A DNA stretch of 64,000 nt from Phoronis australis. Its lineage: Eukaryota > Animalia > Phoronida. Shown piece by piece: positions 1 to 13,409 of the stretch. Position numbers and translations under genes: made by a program. Under the pieces are notes generated by a model. That model was not told the DNA's origin. It searched no databases and saw only the letters and a list, made by a program, of their open reading frames with translations. Each line of letters begins with the position of its first letter. Position 1 is the first letter of the stretch. The DNA lies in assembly GCA_002633005.1 (NCBI GenBank), contig NMRA01000163.1, forward strand, positions 342,071-406,070. The letters are read 5' to 3'.

Positions 1-2336
1 TCGAACTAAGACAGTAACATGTCTGTATATGAATACAGTCACGATGTAACATTTTGCATAACATGTAGAGTGAATTCTTCGCCATAAAATGCATGGATTC
101 GCGAAATTTGTTCGTATTTATCAAGAACTCTGTATATTCGACGAGGCACGAGTAAGTGGCACCATTTTTAATTTATGAGCTTGATACAAAATTACTTCTT
201 GTACACGGGATTCGGCAACTGAAACCTGTGTATGGGTCAGTTGAAACAATTAAAGAGGGGTATGTAAAAAACATTTCAAAAGTGGATTGCACCTTGTGGA
301 TTTTCAAGTGGCGTTATTGGATGTCAGCTTTCTCACTTCAGCTTTCTCACTGGGATTGTGAATTCTAGTGACGAACAGGAGTATAGAATGGAAGATGTTT
401 ATATTATCAGCCAATAGGTTTTATAACAACAGTTAATGAAGAATGTTTCAAGTTTCTTTGAAAACTTTGAAACAGGCAAAATAGGTAAACAAGAGTCAGA
501 ATCCGTGGGAACAACTGACTTCTGACTGACGTACATGCATGCTGTGTAGTATATTGTTAAAACAGGTCGGAATCGATAGCTGCACATATAGGTTGGTCCA
601 ATTTGACACCAACACAAAAACGAGTATATTCAGCAACTCAATAAATAAAGTTCACCTGATCAATATCACAGATTAAAACACTACAAGACCTGTGCACAAC
701 TGACATTCGTCAATTTGCTTCACAGCAATACACAGTCACGTAAATAAATTAACAAACAGAAAGTTATTGACACCAGCATTTTATGACTACTGCATTCGCA
801 TAATTTACCCCTATCTTACACATGTACCATTTACATCTTGACAGCCGTTACTACATGTATATCCCTTGCCTTCTCAAATGCTCATTTAGTGGACATACAC
901 TGTAACTGCATACCCACAGAGCAGAAGCAGTCTCAGCAATGAAGATGACAATTACAGCCCATTCGAATACTCGATCACCTCCATGTTGGCCTAACAATTA
1001 TGATCAGACATACTTAGGTTTAAACGCTTCTAGGCCTATTTCAGGAAAAGTGACTTAAAGATGCTGTGTTTGATTAAAACCGCGAATATCTAAATTTGTA
1101 GCAAGTGCCACCTAGTGACTTACTGGAGAACTGTGTGTGTGTGTGCAAGTATAGTAAGGAAAAGAAAGAGTTTGTAAATAAAATGCGGTTTTAAAGAAAA
1201 CACCACAACTGATACACTTAATATAAACAAAATGTGAACATAAGAAACCCCTAGTTATTCCAAATAAGTAATCATAATTTGACGGTGAAATGAATAAATA
1301 ATAAAAACTTTGCCTTGTTTTACTGGGGTAACGATGACATAATACCATACTGATGTACATAAAAATAGTCTTGCAAAATGAGACTTTCACAAGATTGTAA
1401 TGGTAACCGGTTCTCGGATGGTTTCTGGCACACCGGAAGACCCAGGCTTCTTCCTACACTAATACTGCATTTGCATCTTCACAATTTAATGAGACATAGC
1501 ATGCTTAAGGCTTTAGTCAGAGATTCTGTCTCGCACTCCCACTTTGCTACTACAAAAGAAATGTTTGATTTCATTATTAGTTGATTAAAAACAAAACCGT
1601 ACTTTATGTTGCACAGCTTGATATACACTCCCTCATGCTCTCCGCATCGTTTTCCTTCTTCCAGTGTACAATTAGTTGTAAAGCAAATTGCCAATAGACA
1701 TTTCAAATAAACAAGTTAAAATAGTAGCTATATTTTGAGAGCACATGTATCGTCCTCAGGCACCTGGTAAAATAAAAGTGGAGGAAGCGTAATAAACAAT
1801 GAAATAAACCATGACAGAATGTGTTTTTTAAATCAAGTTTGGTTTAATGAAAGGCTGCTACCGAACTATACTGATATTTTTGAATAACATTTTAGGAAAT
1901 ACTGTTGGATTAACCTGCAGTATCAAGTACACTGGGTCTCACAGACTTTGCATTCTGCTGAAGTGAAATTAAATTACTTTCCGGGAACATTTGCGTGGAA
2001 TGCAAGACAGAACTTCAGACTTTGAGCACCAAAAGTACATGTAAATGACTATTACACTGGGACTGCCTCTTTTAAACAATGGTGAGTGTCAAATATGAAT
2101 TAATTTTCAGATGGTCAGACAGGTCACAGACATCCCATTTGGGAAATAAGGCAAAGAGTTGGCTCTTGTTTTTATGGTTACAATGTACATGTAATCGCAA
2201 GGGAGCTGTGATTTTTGTCTTTTTAAACCAATTCATTCTTATTTTACCTTACTTTAAAGTTGACAATTTTTGACCTACAAAAGCAGGGCTCAATATAACT
2301 TAAGGACGTCTCATGGATAAGTCATTGACTCTAACA

Positions 2337-2562
2337 TCATCCATCCTCTCCCCAGTCTACGGCCACTCGGTGAAGTGCTATAGCAGCAACAATAACCAGC
2401 ACATGAAGAACAACTAATAGGACTTTAGTCCATGTGTTGGTGCTAGAGGGCGCTTCTAACACTTTGTGATTGGCTTGTTCTAGCTTCTTCTTCCATAGTA
2501 CTTTATTGGGCCTCTGTGGTGATGAGGACTTCTGCACTTTTTGGTAGTTAGATATTGCTTTG
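2337..2562 (-). CDS. TBC1D20: TBC1D20 last coding exon (C-terminal transmembrane anchor)
   Basis: ttttccAG acceptor; KAISNYQK...QRPNKVL...KVLLVVLHVLVIVAAIALH...WGEDG stop. Confidence 0.88.
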
Positions 2563-5500
2563 CTGGAAAAAATAATGAGCTTAAACAAACCCCAAGAATT
2601 ATTATAATTTGTATTAATATTACTATTACTGCTATTATCAATATTGTTGTGTTGTAATCTTAATTCATTTACCTTCTAAAGGAAAGGCTCCAAAATCCAA
2701 GTTTTGTTCAAATGTAACACTTGTTTCAGTGTTTTCGTCACTCTGATATTAAATGTCAATGAAGACTCGGAAGCATTTGGTGAGTAAAACGTTAAACTGA
2801 ATAATCAAACTTAATCCACAGTAAGTACAAATACCCAGAGGAATTAAACTGTGAAACTCAAAAATCAGGGGCTGAGATCAATCAAACATGGGCATTTGAA
2901 AGTGACAGAAAATTTGGAAGGGCCTTCACTAGCCAAACATTTACATCAACCTAGAAAAAAGGTACAAAATGTGCCTAATGAAATTTTTTCAGGTTGTAAG
3001 TTGTTAAAATTTCAGAGTAAAAGATTTTGACTAATTTTTAAATATTTAAGTTATTCTTGCCAGGGTTACGAGAAAACAAACAGCAAACTGTTACATACCT
3101 CTTCTTGTAGACAAGCTTGGCTTCCCCAGCCAGTTTATCTGGTGGATATTGAATAAATAACTGTCCTGCTTTAGATATCAGATCCTCATAGGGTAAGTTA
3201 TCCGGGATTTTAGACAATAGGCCATGCATTATACACATGTCACATTCACACGATAAGATGTCCTGCTCCCTGTAAAGGACGATCTAGGAGAAAGAAGACA
3301 GAGCTGTTTAGCAGATTGATACAACTTGAGCAACCTTCCAGGAAGATCACTGAAGAATACATTCTATACAGTCAAATACTTTACAGGACGCTTTCCTTTT
3401 ATTTGTTTGTAAATTTCAAAGCTCGATGAAGTGCCATCTTTGAAAACCCTGTTTAGGTTTTCATTTTTTGTTTTTTAAAGCAGCCAATTAGTGATCCTAA
3501 CCACAAAATTATAAAACCTTGGATTGAACAGGGTTTAATGAGTGTTCCACCACACAGATTTACAGAAAATTAGCACTAACGTTAGATTTATTTTGGTTTG
3601 AGTATTGCTATTTAGACTTGACCTAACTAACGCTGCATGTAACAATGATTGACTTTAAAACATAATTTACTTAATGACTATGCACAGTTTGAGAGTTAAG
3701 CGAAAGTAAACAATTAAGATGACACGGATAAGTGAAGTAATGCTATTAAACAACTGACAGATTAAAAGTTTTAATTTTTAAAACTATTTTACTATGCATT
3801 GTTGCAACACCACAAACAGGTTGAAATTAAATGAGACTTATCTCCCTCGTTTGCACATGATTGCTTCCGCTTATTGTGCATCACAAGTCGACATGTCGGA
3901 ATAATCAGTCTTTGTGTGTGAGAATATTTTGGAAGAATCTATGCCACAAGTAGACGATATAACTTTGCTATCCGAAGATTCTGACATCGATCAGACCAAG
4001 GTGAAGAGCTAGTAAATAACTTCTCATAACTTCATCAAGATGTTAATATGTACATGTACATATCACAGTCAGCTTCCTACCAGGCAATCCAATAGAAAAA
4101 TGAGAACTACCTCTAGAATTGTTCAATGGCTGTCGATTGGCTGCCATCTTCCTCAGTAGCGATTGCCATTAGGTGGAGCTCCTGAACAGAGTGCTCAGGT
4201 GTAGGGAGCCTTCGTCTTTGATCATACACCTTGGCATGTGTTTGACGGTAATAGACTCCTGTATTTTGCGTTAACTTTGTAGTTGTAGGTCTCTTGGCAT
4301 ATTAGGCTAGGAAAACACCAGCCTAATGGCCCAAGATACCAACGACTGAAAAGGCAAGATAAAGGAGTCTATTTACATCGAACAGATGCCAAGGTGTATG
4401 AACAGAGGTGAGGGCTCCCTACGCCCAAGCTCTGTTTACAGCGTGCAATTTTCAAGGGCTCCACCTAGTGGTAGTCACTATTGAGGATGATGGCAGCTAG
4501 TCAACAGCCACTGAAAATTTCTAAGAGTTAATTTTTCTGTCAGATGGCTATTAAGAAACTAACTATGCAGATCAGGGATATTCAGAAAACAGGATTGTAA
4601 CTGATGTGCGACCGAAGAATGCAGTGTTACATTAAATCATTATCACCCAGCTTCGGCTTCTTATGATGAAACAAATCTTAAAGTGAACTTCTGGCGTGCT
4701 TTGGAAATTTTCAAAAAATAATTAAAGAGTAATAGGATGACGATAATGCGTTCAGAAATTCATTAAATGTCTTACATCAAAGTACCGAGGATGAGCACGA
4801 AATTACTCTTCATAATCTTGACATGAAAAGTAGATAAAGAGAACTCTTCTGTAAACTTGGTGTTATTACAGAAAAAACCCACATTTTTGGAATAATTGTG
4901 GGATGGGATAGACTTCTTGAAGTTGGGGGTTTGACCAGTGACATAAAAGAACAAAATTCGTTGTGTTTTTTGTAATTTCATTGCAAATAGTCAATTCTTG
5001 CCCTTGTCTACAATAAATTTTGCTGAAATTGAGGCAGGTGACTTTACAATTAAGTTAAATATAATCAGTTAAATACTCTGTCATTTACTAAGTGTAGCAG
5101 AGCTGCACCAAGAGAACATTAGACTGTAACTGTGGCGGTAACAGGTAAAATTCCAAGCTGAGGCTAATCATAAAAATCACTTTTCTGCCCTTGTTACAAG
5201 GCATACTGAAAACGCAAACAGATGGTAGTAGTTTTCAAAAACAACTGGCAAATATATAGTGGAAGTTTGTTTAGCTTTGTTGAAGTTTCAGCAAAAGTCC
5301 TGCAGCAAACCAGGTAAAAATTCTGTCCACCAAATCACTTGTCAAACCTGCTACAAGGCCAGAGTGATGCAGTTAGAGGGGTTTACACGTCCACGATTTA
5401 TTTCTTTGATAAAAACCCAGGTTTAGGACAGCTTTAGCAAAAACCTTCTGCTCCAAACGTTTCTCAATTTTCTACGAGCAGAGATTTCATCCTCCTTTTG

Positions 5501-8500
5501 AAAAAAACAACAGAGAATAAAAGTCACAACAGACTAAATAATTATGTGGAGCATACTTACAGCTGCTGCCAAATATATAGGCATGAGTGGGTGGCAGGCT
5601 AGGAAGAAGTCATACAGACGGACAATTTGGCGGAATTCATTGAGGACATGGCCGAACCAGGTAATTAACCAGCTTAAACAGAATACGTTGCCAACCTCAG
5701 AACTGAAAGACAACAACTGCATATCAAACTTTTAGTTCTTCTGATAGAAAATATCATTGGTAAATTATTCCAGAAATGTTCTTGAAAGAAATTCAAAGCT
5801 AAAAACGAATAAAGTACATGCAACTAGAAGCTGACAAATATGAATTATCATTTGTCGGAAAGTCAAAATCCAGAAAATTGTTAATAAAAATCTTTAACAC
5901 CTCCACCGAAAAGAAACAACTTGAACTTATGACAGTTAAAACACAATGATCTTTTTCTCCAAAAAATTTAGTTTTTGGCAAGTCTGTTACAAACAAAGGA
6001 TACTAGATTGTCGCACTAAGAAAGATACGATTCCTGTCATCTAAATAGATCGAGACCGAATGCTGTTCTCAAGCACGGGGCCTTTGTAAGATACAGCCCC
6101 ATGATGACTGAGGCAAGCACAATTCACAGGCATGACATCCGGAAATCTAACAAGATGGAATCATAATTCTATATTTAGGAAGTTGCCAGAACTATAAGCC
6201 ATTGAAGGTGATAGCTGTTACTTTTGCAGCAAAAGAAATTGGCTTGTCATGGTGGAAATGGTTTATGTCCAGTAGCTTTTGGCATGTACTGTGCCTGATG
6301 CAAACACTTATACAGCTAGCACCAATGTTTCACTAACGCCACCATATGGCAAGACCACATTTTCCTCAGACTACACACTATTACTCACTCCTCCAGGTAA
6401 CTTCTCAGCTTCTCATTGGCTTTACCGATGATGGGATAGAGGTAATTCAACATGTGCTTAGTTCTGTCCATGGACTGGTCCATAAAATCCCTACAACGCA
6501 ATACAGTGGGGTACACAATGGACTTCCAACACATACTATGTACGATCATTGCTTTCAAAAATAAGAGCAACGCAAAGTGTTGAAATATGTTCATGACTGA
6601 ACCGCAAATGTAATATGATGGTAGGCATATTACTATCACAGGAAATATAAACTTAAAATGCCACTAGGTGGCAAACCATATGTCACATCTATATGAAACA
6701 GGCATGTGCTGTCATGACCTTATAAAATTATTTGCCAAGAATCAGTGAACATTCATCAAGGAACTTCAATATCTAAAAATGCCACATTCACAGAAAACTT
6801 TTAAGTTCTTAAAACCAACATTAACCTTGTTTAGACAAGTAACAACATTGTCAGCATCCTTAAATCTTCCATTATACCGTAGAAATGCATATCACAATCT
6901 TGAATTCAATATCCCAAAAATGAGGAAACAGAAGAAAAGCAAAAGTTTCTTAGCTGCGTGTGACAACGTCACAAGCACCAGTGTGTCATGACCATTAACT
7001 TGCGAGTTTTGTGCGGAACTTGGGATGCAGATAACGTTGTCCATCTCAAAATACAAAGGCATTGTCGCCTCCATAATTTGCCAATAAAATTTCACGAAGA
7101 CTCGTAAAACAATGGGGTGGATATGGAGCTAATGTAAAAAACTCAAACTGCTTGTAGGGGAACAGCAGTAGTTAAATACATCTCAAAATTCGCTTGTGTT
7201 ATCATGTCCATAGGAACATGTCTACAAAATTTCAGGAACATTCCATAACAGGATTTTGGAGATAAAACAGCTGACTTACATTAGCTGGACGAAAGTCAGA
7301 TAGACAGAGATGACGGCCCCATGTACCCAAATGTGGGCGCATAATGACGAAAGTAACATCTTCTAGAACTACCCGCAAATTTTAAAATAATTCTCAAATG
7401 ACTTAAAAAATAAATTTCCTTGTGATTTCATTCATAATTTTTGACCAGCTGGATTTTTTTACTCATCACCTGGCAAATCATGGCGTTTCAAACCGTGTTT
7501 ACAGTACCCTTGTTTACCCACCCTTGCAGTTTTTCAAACAAAACATGAAATCCTGGCTGAAATTGATATGGGTGGAGGCTTTTTTAAGTCTGACAGTGAG
7601 CAAAGGTCTCAAAACCACTCGGGGTAAAGACCAGGACCAGTTTCTGTGGCCATGTTGGAATTAATTACAATGACAATGAAAATGTCAGCAACGAAATTTA
7701 TTCACGGACTATTGGCCATGTACTTCACGCTTAAATTGATTAATTTCAACAATTGTGCCAAGAGCATAAATATGGTGTTACCTTAAATGAGCTTTAGACA
7801 GCTTGTCAACTAAAATGAAAGCTATGTCTTGACCACACACCAACAGAAATGTGACTACGATATCATGATAGCCCTGCAATAAGAAAACAAAATTTAATAA
7901 TATTATTCAACATGTTAAAGAGTCACTGCATGAGAAAAGCAAAATAGGATAGGGCAAAAAACACGCCACAAAATTCCAATTTTCTACTTTGTATTTCTAT
8001 CATCTGCTGATCTATACTCTAAAAGGCTTTAAGGTTATGTACGATCCATATAATCCCAGAAAAACGTCCCAATTTGGGTTACTTTGAAACATCCTATCTC
8101 AGAGATGGCATATCACACTCACATGAACCATCTATACTACACCCACGATTGTATCTATACTATACCCAGGATTGTATCTATACTATACCCAGGATTGTAT
8201 CTATACTACACCCACGATTGTATCTATCAGTTGGTATTGTAGCAACAACAACTTGCCCTCTCTACTAGCCTGGTAGTAATGTAGTTCATCATGTCTTGTC
8301 AAAACTCTCATGATTGTGTCAACCAGCTGATCTTGTAGCACCAATCGTTGATTTTCCTTCATTCCCGGTGGAAACCGTCTTAGCGACCTGTTGACATCTA
8401 GCACCACCTGGTTGTAGTCTCGGTGTTTCTCTAGATCGCCTGTAAAAACAAAGAAAGTGCTGAATTTATGAGAGCTGTAAGGCAGTGACTGCTGGCAACT

Positions 8501-11500
8501 CATCGGAGACACAACTTTAACATCCTTCACTGCAGAGATAATAACTCTTCGGCTGTCTCCGGTGAGTCTATTCATTCTTGAATGATGTTTAGGTAAATTA
8601 AATTTTTTAAATGATCTGGAGATCAATGCCATCTAGTATGATACAAGCAAAATAAAAGCACCAGGTGAAAATTAAATTTGTGCGATTCATCATTAGACAT
8701 TTGTCAAGATCAGAACTGAATTGTATAACGGGCAGAGTGATAGTAAACGACAAAAGAGCATCAAGCAGGTGCACATCCATAGGTCACAGTAAACCTAGTG
8801 GAGAGAAACGGAAAGAGCAGGAATAATGAAATGATCTTGAACATACTACCAAGCATTAACAATTAAGTGTATTCTAAACAAAATAATGAAGATAAGGATA
8901 TCAATATTCTGTGCAGTTCGCCAATCCTTTGTCCAATGTATGACGGCTGGGGACTGCTCTGTGTGATCCTCTTCCCAGAGAGGCGGAAGCATTTTTGCCA
9001 GCCAATTGCCACCCATTCCAGAACCTATTCCCGAGCTAATCCACTCATTAACTAAGTTATGCTAACTTTATTGAACATGTATTCGAACAGAGAAAAAGCA
9101 TGTTAGACACAGTGCTTTTTAAAACAAATCTGATAATGGTGTATGAGTACAAGACGAAAGTATTCACTCCAGGTCAATTTGTCTGAACACTTTTGACTTG
9201 TACTTTAGATGATTGACATTTAACATGCGATTAGAAAACTGTGAGTTATATGAAAAATAAAATATTAGGCATGCAACATACAGGCTTTCTATTATGAGCA
9301 TTGCCTAGCTGAAAAGAGGACTGAATAACACGTTTCAGCATATTAATTATGAATTTTGAAAGTATAAAGGTTGCTTACTGGCATTCACATCTTCTTAAAT
9401 AGTGCACAGTATCTTAATTTTTTTACTTCGAAAAATAAAAATTTATTACTTCCGTAAAGCCCCACTGTTAGCGTTGCTTTTCATGACGTCACTGAGGCTG
9501 TACAGCACAAAGAGATATAGGTCATTGGCCGTGTGAGTACATATTCCAGTCGACAAACCACCTGGTGCATACTCACAACCTTTTTTGTTTTCCTTCTCTG
9601 TGACAGTGATTCGTCCCAGGGCCTAGCCAGCCAGCTAGCTGTATGAAGACTATCGTCAAAATACAGCTGGGTATCAGTAGCACTGTATGTTGAGCTCTGT
9701 TAGACTCCAAAATTTCACATAGCCCGGGTAATTCTGCTTGTCACCTTGTCGTGAAACTTATATCAACATGTACACTGTAGAGCAATAAACTGACAAAGGT
9801 GCATGCAAATATCTGGGTGTCAACCAACACTCATCTTGTCCGCTGGAGCTTTTTAAGTAAAAAACAATCTAATAAAGGTCACATTCTCTCATAATTCTCA
9901 GCCTTTTGTAACAAAGAAGTCAGTCGTAGTTTTGAAAACAGTACACTCAACACCCAACATTTCCTAAAATTTTGCATCATCTCTCAGAGATGGTGACAGC
10001 TTTGCAGGAGCAAATTTTGTTCTGAAATTCGGTTTGCTGGTATTAAAATACAAAAAACTTGAAGCAATCGAAACCAGCTCCAATAATTTGCTGTGACATG
10101 TACGCAACTTCGAAGAACAGTTCGATCACTTGTTGTACTTGGAAGACGAAAGTCTCGAGTAAGAAAACTGGCCAATAAGGCAACAGGTGGTAATTCTGTG
10201 TCAGATTTTACTCGATCAGTTTTTACCCAGGTTGGCACAAGGGCTGTATATTTAGTATACAGCTTTGCACCAAGGCAAGGCTACGCAGTCAGGGCCCCTG
10301 CCTGGCCTGATGCAGAATGCCATCGTTCGATCCATTAATAGTCAACACTACATGACAGTAAACTTGTATTATGAACTTTTGAGAGCTGAGATCGCAGACG
10401 AGTTATACACATTAAGCACAGTTCTGTAGCCAAGAGGCATTCACCCAATGAGCTATATACATAATAAGCTTAATTTATCTCATTGCCTTCAGCCACGGTA
10501 AAGCCTCAGTGTCGTCAGACGCACGTTAGACAATAGGAACTAACATTGGAAAAACTTTTTTTACAAAAATGTGGAAGAATAATAAACATGAGATTTCAAA
10601 CTAAATTACATGAAAAATGTATGTTTTTGTACTTCATGAACCTTTTATGAACCTTCATTAAAAAACAAAATAACAGAAAAAAATCTAACATCGTGTATTC
10701 CAACGTAAACCAATTTCATTTTACTGACATTTTCTCTGACTTGACAATGATTAGCTTTTAAAACATTACTATGGGTATTCATTGATTCAGTTACTCTAGC
10801 CTAGACTGTCTGAAAAATGCATAGTTACAAACCAGGTTTGGAAGGCGTGTCATAGATATTGGCTCCCAGAAGCTTTGGCCAGGCTTCTCTCCTGAGTTCA
10901 TTATTCACTAGTCCATGAGTACTGATAGCTAACTGCTTCAGCGTTGTAACATCAACTGGGTCTTCAGATAACGCCTTCCTTATCACAACTACCTTCTGCC
11001 TACGTGACAGGCTTCCTTCATCTGCATAAAAATTAGCATGATTACAGTAACAATTACAAAATAGCACAGACTGAAGTTCTCAAAATTTTACATACGGATT
11101 CCACATAAATTGGTTGAAAACAAAATCTCGTCATATCAAAAATCAGAAATTAATCACAACACTCCTCACTTTGAAAGTATTTTATTGACGATGAATTTTG
11201 CCTCGACTTTCTAAGGGCTGTTCCAGCAAAAAACGTATGAGAGGGGGAAAGGCACTTTCATTTTTTACCCAACGCCCATATTTTTCTTTTATTTCTCCAA
11301 CCCATGACCCATAATTTTAATTAGGTTGAAATATAAAATGCATCACTTGTAAACAAATTGCCACTAGGATGACAGGCTGTTAAGTGCTTAGATGATCAAT
11401 GGACAAGAACTAGTCGAATCTTGTCAAAAACTAAAGCAGCCAAGAGGGTGGTCGAATCAGAACAAGAATCGACTTTTGTCAGTGCATCCATTCCTGCCAT

Positions 11501-13037
11501 ATATCTTTGTGCCAAATTTCATCCAGCTGCGCCAATAGCTTTTTGAGATAATCAACCTGTCTTGTCAAAAATTAAAATGACCTACAGAGGGTACTACAGT
11601 AGCCAAATTTGTCCAAAATTTGACTGGGTGCTGGCACATACCAGCCATCCATCTCTATGCCAAATGTCATCATGATCCTTTAAGAAGTTTCAAGATTATC
11701 GACAGCCAAGCAATGACGCGAGCAGTCGAAAATTAACAGGGATGCCACAATAGTTGAATCCATCCAAAAATTGACTGGTGCGGGCACATTCTTGCCATGT
11801 ACCTTTGTATCGAATTTCACTGTGATTCGTCTAGCAGTTTTTGAGATAATCGACGCACAAGGAATGGCTTGTCGAAAATTAAAACGACCAACATGGGGTA
11901 CCACGGTAACCAAATTCGTCCAAAAATCAACTGGTGCTGGTGCACCCATGTCAATTACCTCTATACTAAATTTCATCATGATCCGCCAAGCGGTTCTTGA
12001 GATAATTGACAGACAAGAAATGATATTGACAGACAAACTGATTGACAGACAAACAAAGGTAAGAACGAGATGCTGACTATATTCGACCACAAAAGTTTTT
12101 GTGGGTGCAGAAAAATTCCATGTGAGATCACAACTCATGTCAGTTACCACAAACTTCCTTTTCAAAGACACCTGTGAGCAATACTTTAAGCAGCCACCAG
12201 GTGTCTCTGTCCACCATGTGTCTGTAATTTCAATAGGATTTCTTCATTTTCAAGAATCTATGAATCTCAAAATGTTTCCATGAATGCTTTTTAAGCTGCT
12301 ATGCCAAGTGAACATTGGAAATTTTCTATCTGACTTTGGCTTAAAATACCCACCTGTCAACATTTACAGGACACAAAATACCACCCATTTTTAATGACAC
12401 ACTTCTTTCAAGGAGGACCGCCCATGATTTTAAGTTTTTTCAAAATACAACCACCCATAAATTTTACTATCCAATGCCCCCCCCCCCCAACATCCGGATT
12501 TTGCTGGAACAGCCGTAATTGATTTTCACCAAAATTTCAACAAAACAAGATATATTATTACAAGATTCACGAATCATTAAACTAATATTATTTACTGTAC
12601 TGCGTGATATTAAGTTTGTTACAGGCATGTAGCAGACCATGCTTGCTCATTAGCAATACAGTGATTAAAATGTTCGATTTTCTAAAATATCTTTCAGACA
12701 AACCAATCGTCCAATGCTCAGTTACACAAAACAGCTTGCATCCAATGGAACCTACTAGTATGTAAATTAAGGTATTATGCTTAGATAGAAAGAGTGAAAT
12801 CTCATAGATTTTATTAATCTTGTTAAAACAATGGGTTCTGCATTTTGATTTTAAATTGTTTTGACCGGAAATAAGAAAAAAATCGACAGTAAACTTGTTT
12901 TTTACAACTTGTTTGCTCATTTAGCTCTGGCAGCCATTGGCATTGGAAATTAGACAGAAATACACTTCATTACCTCTTACTGGTGAATCACTTCTCTCTG
13001 TCAGTTGTGACCCTATGGATATTGCACTGCTTGTCAT
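2337..13037 (-). CDS. TBC1D20: TBC1 domain family member 20 (Rab GAP), spliced gene model of about 389 aa
   Basis: Exons 13037-12974, 11021-10833, 8439-8270, 7873-7782, 6490-6389, 5702-5561, 3283-3099 and 2562-2337 join in frame (1170 nt). The protein has the TBC R-finger DVNRS, the Q-finger LHYYQGYHD, SWLITWFGHVL...RLYDFFLACHPLMPIY and a C-terminal hydrophobic anchor. Confidence 0.95.
3099..3283 (-). CDS. TBC1D20: TBC1D20 exon
   Basis: IVLYREQDILSCECDMCIMHGLLSKIPDNLPYEDLISKAGQLF; AG/GT boundaries. Confidence 0.93.
4064..4567. mobile_element. Fold-back (palindromic) MITE-like element of about 500 bp
   Basis: Left arm 4064-4308 is an imperfect reverse complement of right arm 4319-4567 (for example catacaccttggcat / atgccaaggtgtatg), with a short loop. 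Confidence 0.75.
5561..5702 (-). CDS. TBC1D20: TBC1D20 exon
   Basis: SEVGNVFCLSWLITWFGHVLNEFRQIVRLYDFFLACHPLMPIYLAAA; tttcAG acceptor and GTaagt donor. Confidence 0.95.
6389..6490 (-). CDS. TBC1D20: TBC1D20 exon
   Basis: DFMDQSMDRTKHMLNYLYPIIGKANEKLRSYLE; GTgagt donor. Confidence 0.93.
6655..7343 (-). mobile_element. Degenerate Helentron-associated (HINE)-like repeat
   Basis: Shares aaatgccactaggtggcaaac-atgtc and the terminal tgtgggcgcataa with the copy at 45323-46248. Confidence 0.5.
7782..7873 (-). CDS. TBC1D20: TBC1D20 exon
   Basis: GYHDIVVTFLLVCGQDIAFILVDKLSKAHL; ttgcAG acceptor and GTaac donor. Confidence 0.93.
8130..8227. repeat. 23-bp minisatellite, about 4 copies
   Basis: Unit atctatacta(c/t)accca(c/g)gattgt. 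Confidence 0.92.
8270..8439 (-). CDS. TBC1D20: TBC1D20 exon (ends at a GC donor)
   Basis: DLEKHRDYNQVVLDVNRSLRRFPPGM...LHYYQ; donor CAG|GCtagt. Confidence 0.92.
10833..11021 (-). CDS. TBC1D20: TBC1D20 exon
   Basis: KVVVIRKALSEDPVDVTTLKQLAISTHGLVNNELRREAWPKLLG; phase 1 at both ends. Confidence 0.92.
11215..12515. mobile_element. PIF/Harbinger-like non-autonomous element
   Basis: TIR GGCTGTTCCAGCAAAA / TTTTGCTGGAACAGCC, flanked by TAA on both sides (11212-11214 and 12516-12518). Confidence 0.78.
11403..12116 (-). mobile_element. HINE/Helentron-like repeat nested in the Harbinger-like element
   Basis: About 150-bp degenerate tandem units with an aaatttcat core (near 11514, 11661, 11812, 11968), a GACA-rich tract and a terminal ccacaaaa/ttttgtgg hairpin. 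Confidence 0.6.
12974..13037 (-). CDS. TBC1D20: TBC1D20 probable first coding segment (exon 13083-12974)
   Basis: MTSSAISIGSQLTERSDSPVR, AG|GTaatg donor in the phase needed by the next exon; acceptor tttacttAG at 13084-13085. Not conserved sequence, so less certain. Confidence 0.6.
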
Positions 13038-13409
13038 TGTCTCTTCTCCGTACTTCGTTTCAACACACCAGAAGTGGCCTCATCTAAGTAAAAAATTTGA
13101 CATCAAAGCTGCAACAAAACTGACTTCTATCGCAAAAAAATTTCCTTCAGATCACTTACTGCTATTAAGAAATTGGTCTTAAATTGCTCAGTCAAATAGG
13201 AGACGATTTTAGGGTTTCAAGTTGTAAAAGTCAAGAATCTCATATCAGGATATTAAAACACACCTCACAAGATGCAAAATCGCGATGCTGAGGTACATAG
13301 ATCCGTATAGCACCAGTATAACCGTAACAGTTATCAGATGCTGGTATAGATTTTCAAAGGTTCAATTGACCTTTAGCTATAAAAAGAATGAAACACACAT
13401 TTTGACGTA

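Noticed and set aside
8130-8227. Short direct repeats (also 41134-41262, 62959-63056 and 13420-13870) as a CRISPR-like array
   Set aside because: Head-to-tail minisatellites or transposon subterminal repeats without regular unique spacers; eukaryotic context and no cas genes.
11680-12171. 163-aa ORF and overlapping 101-aa antisense ORF
   Set aside because: Both lie within a tandem-unit HINE-like repeat; the peptide repeats simply mirror the DNA repeat.
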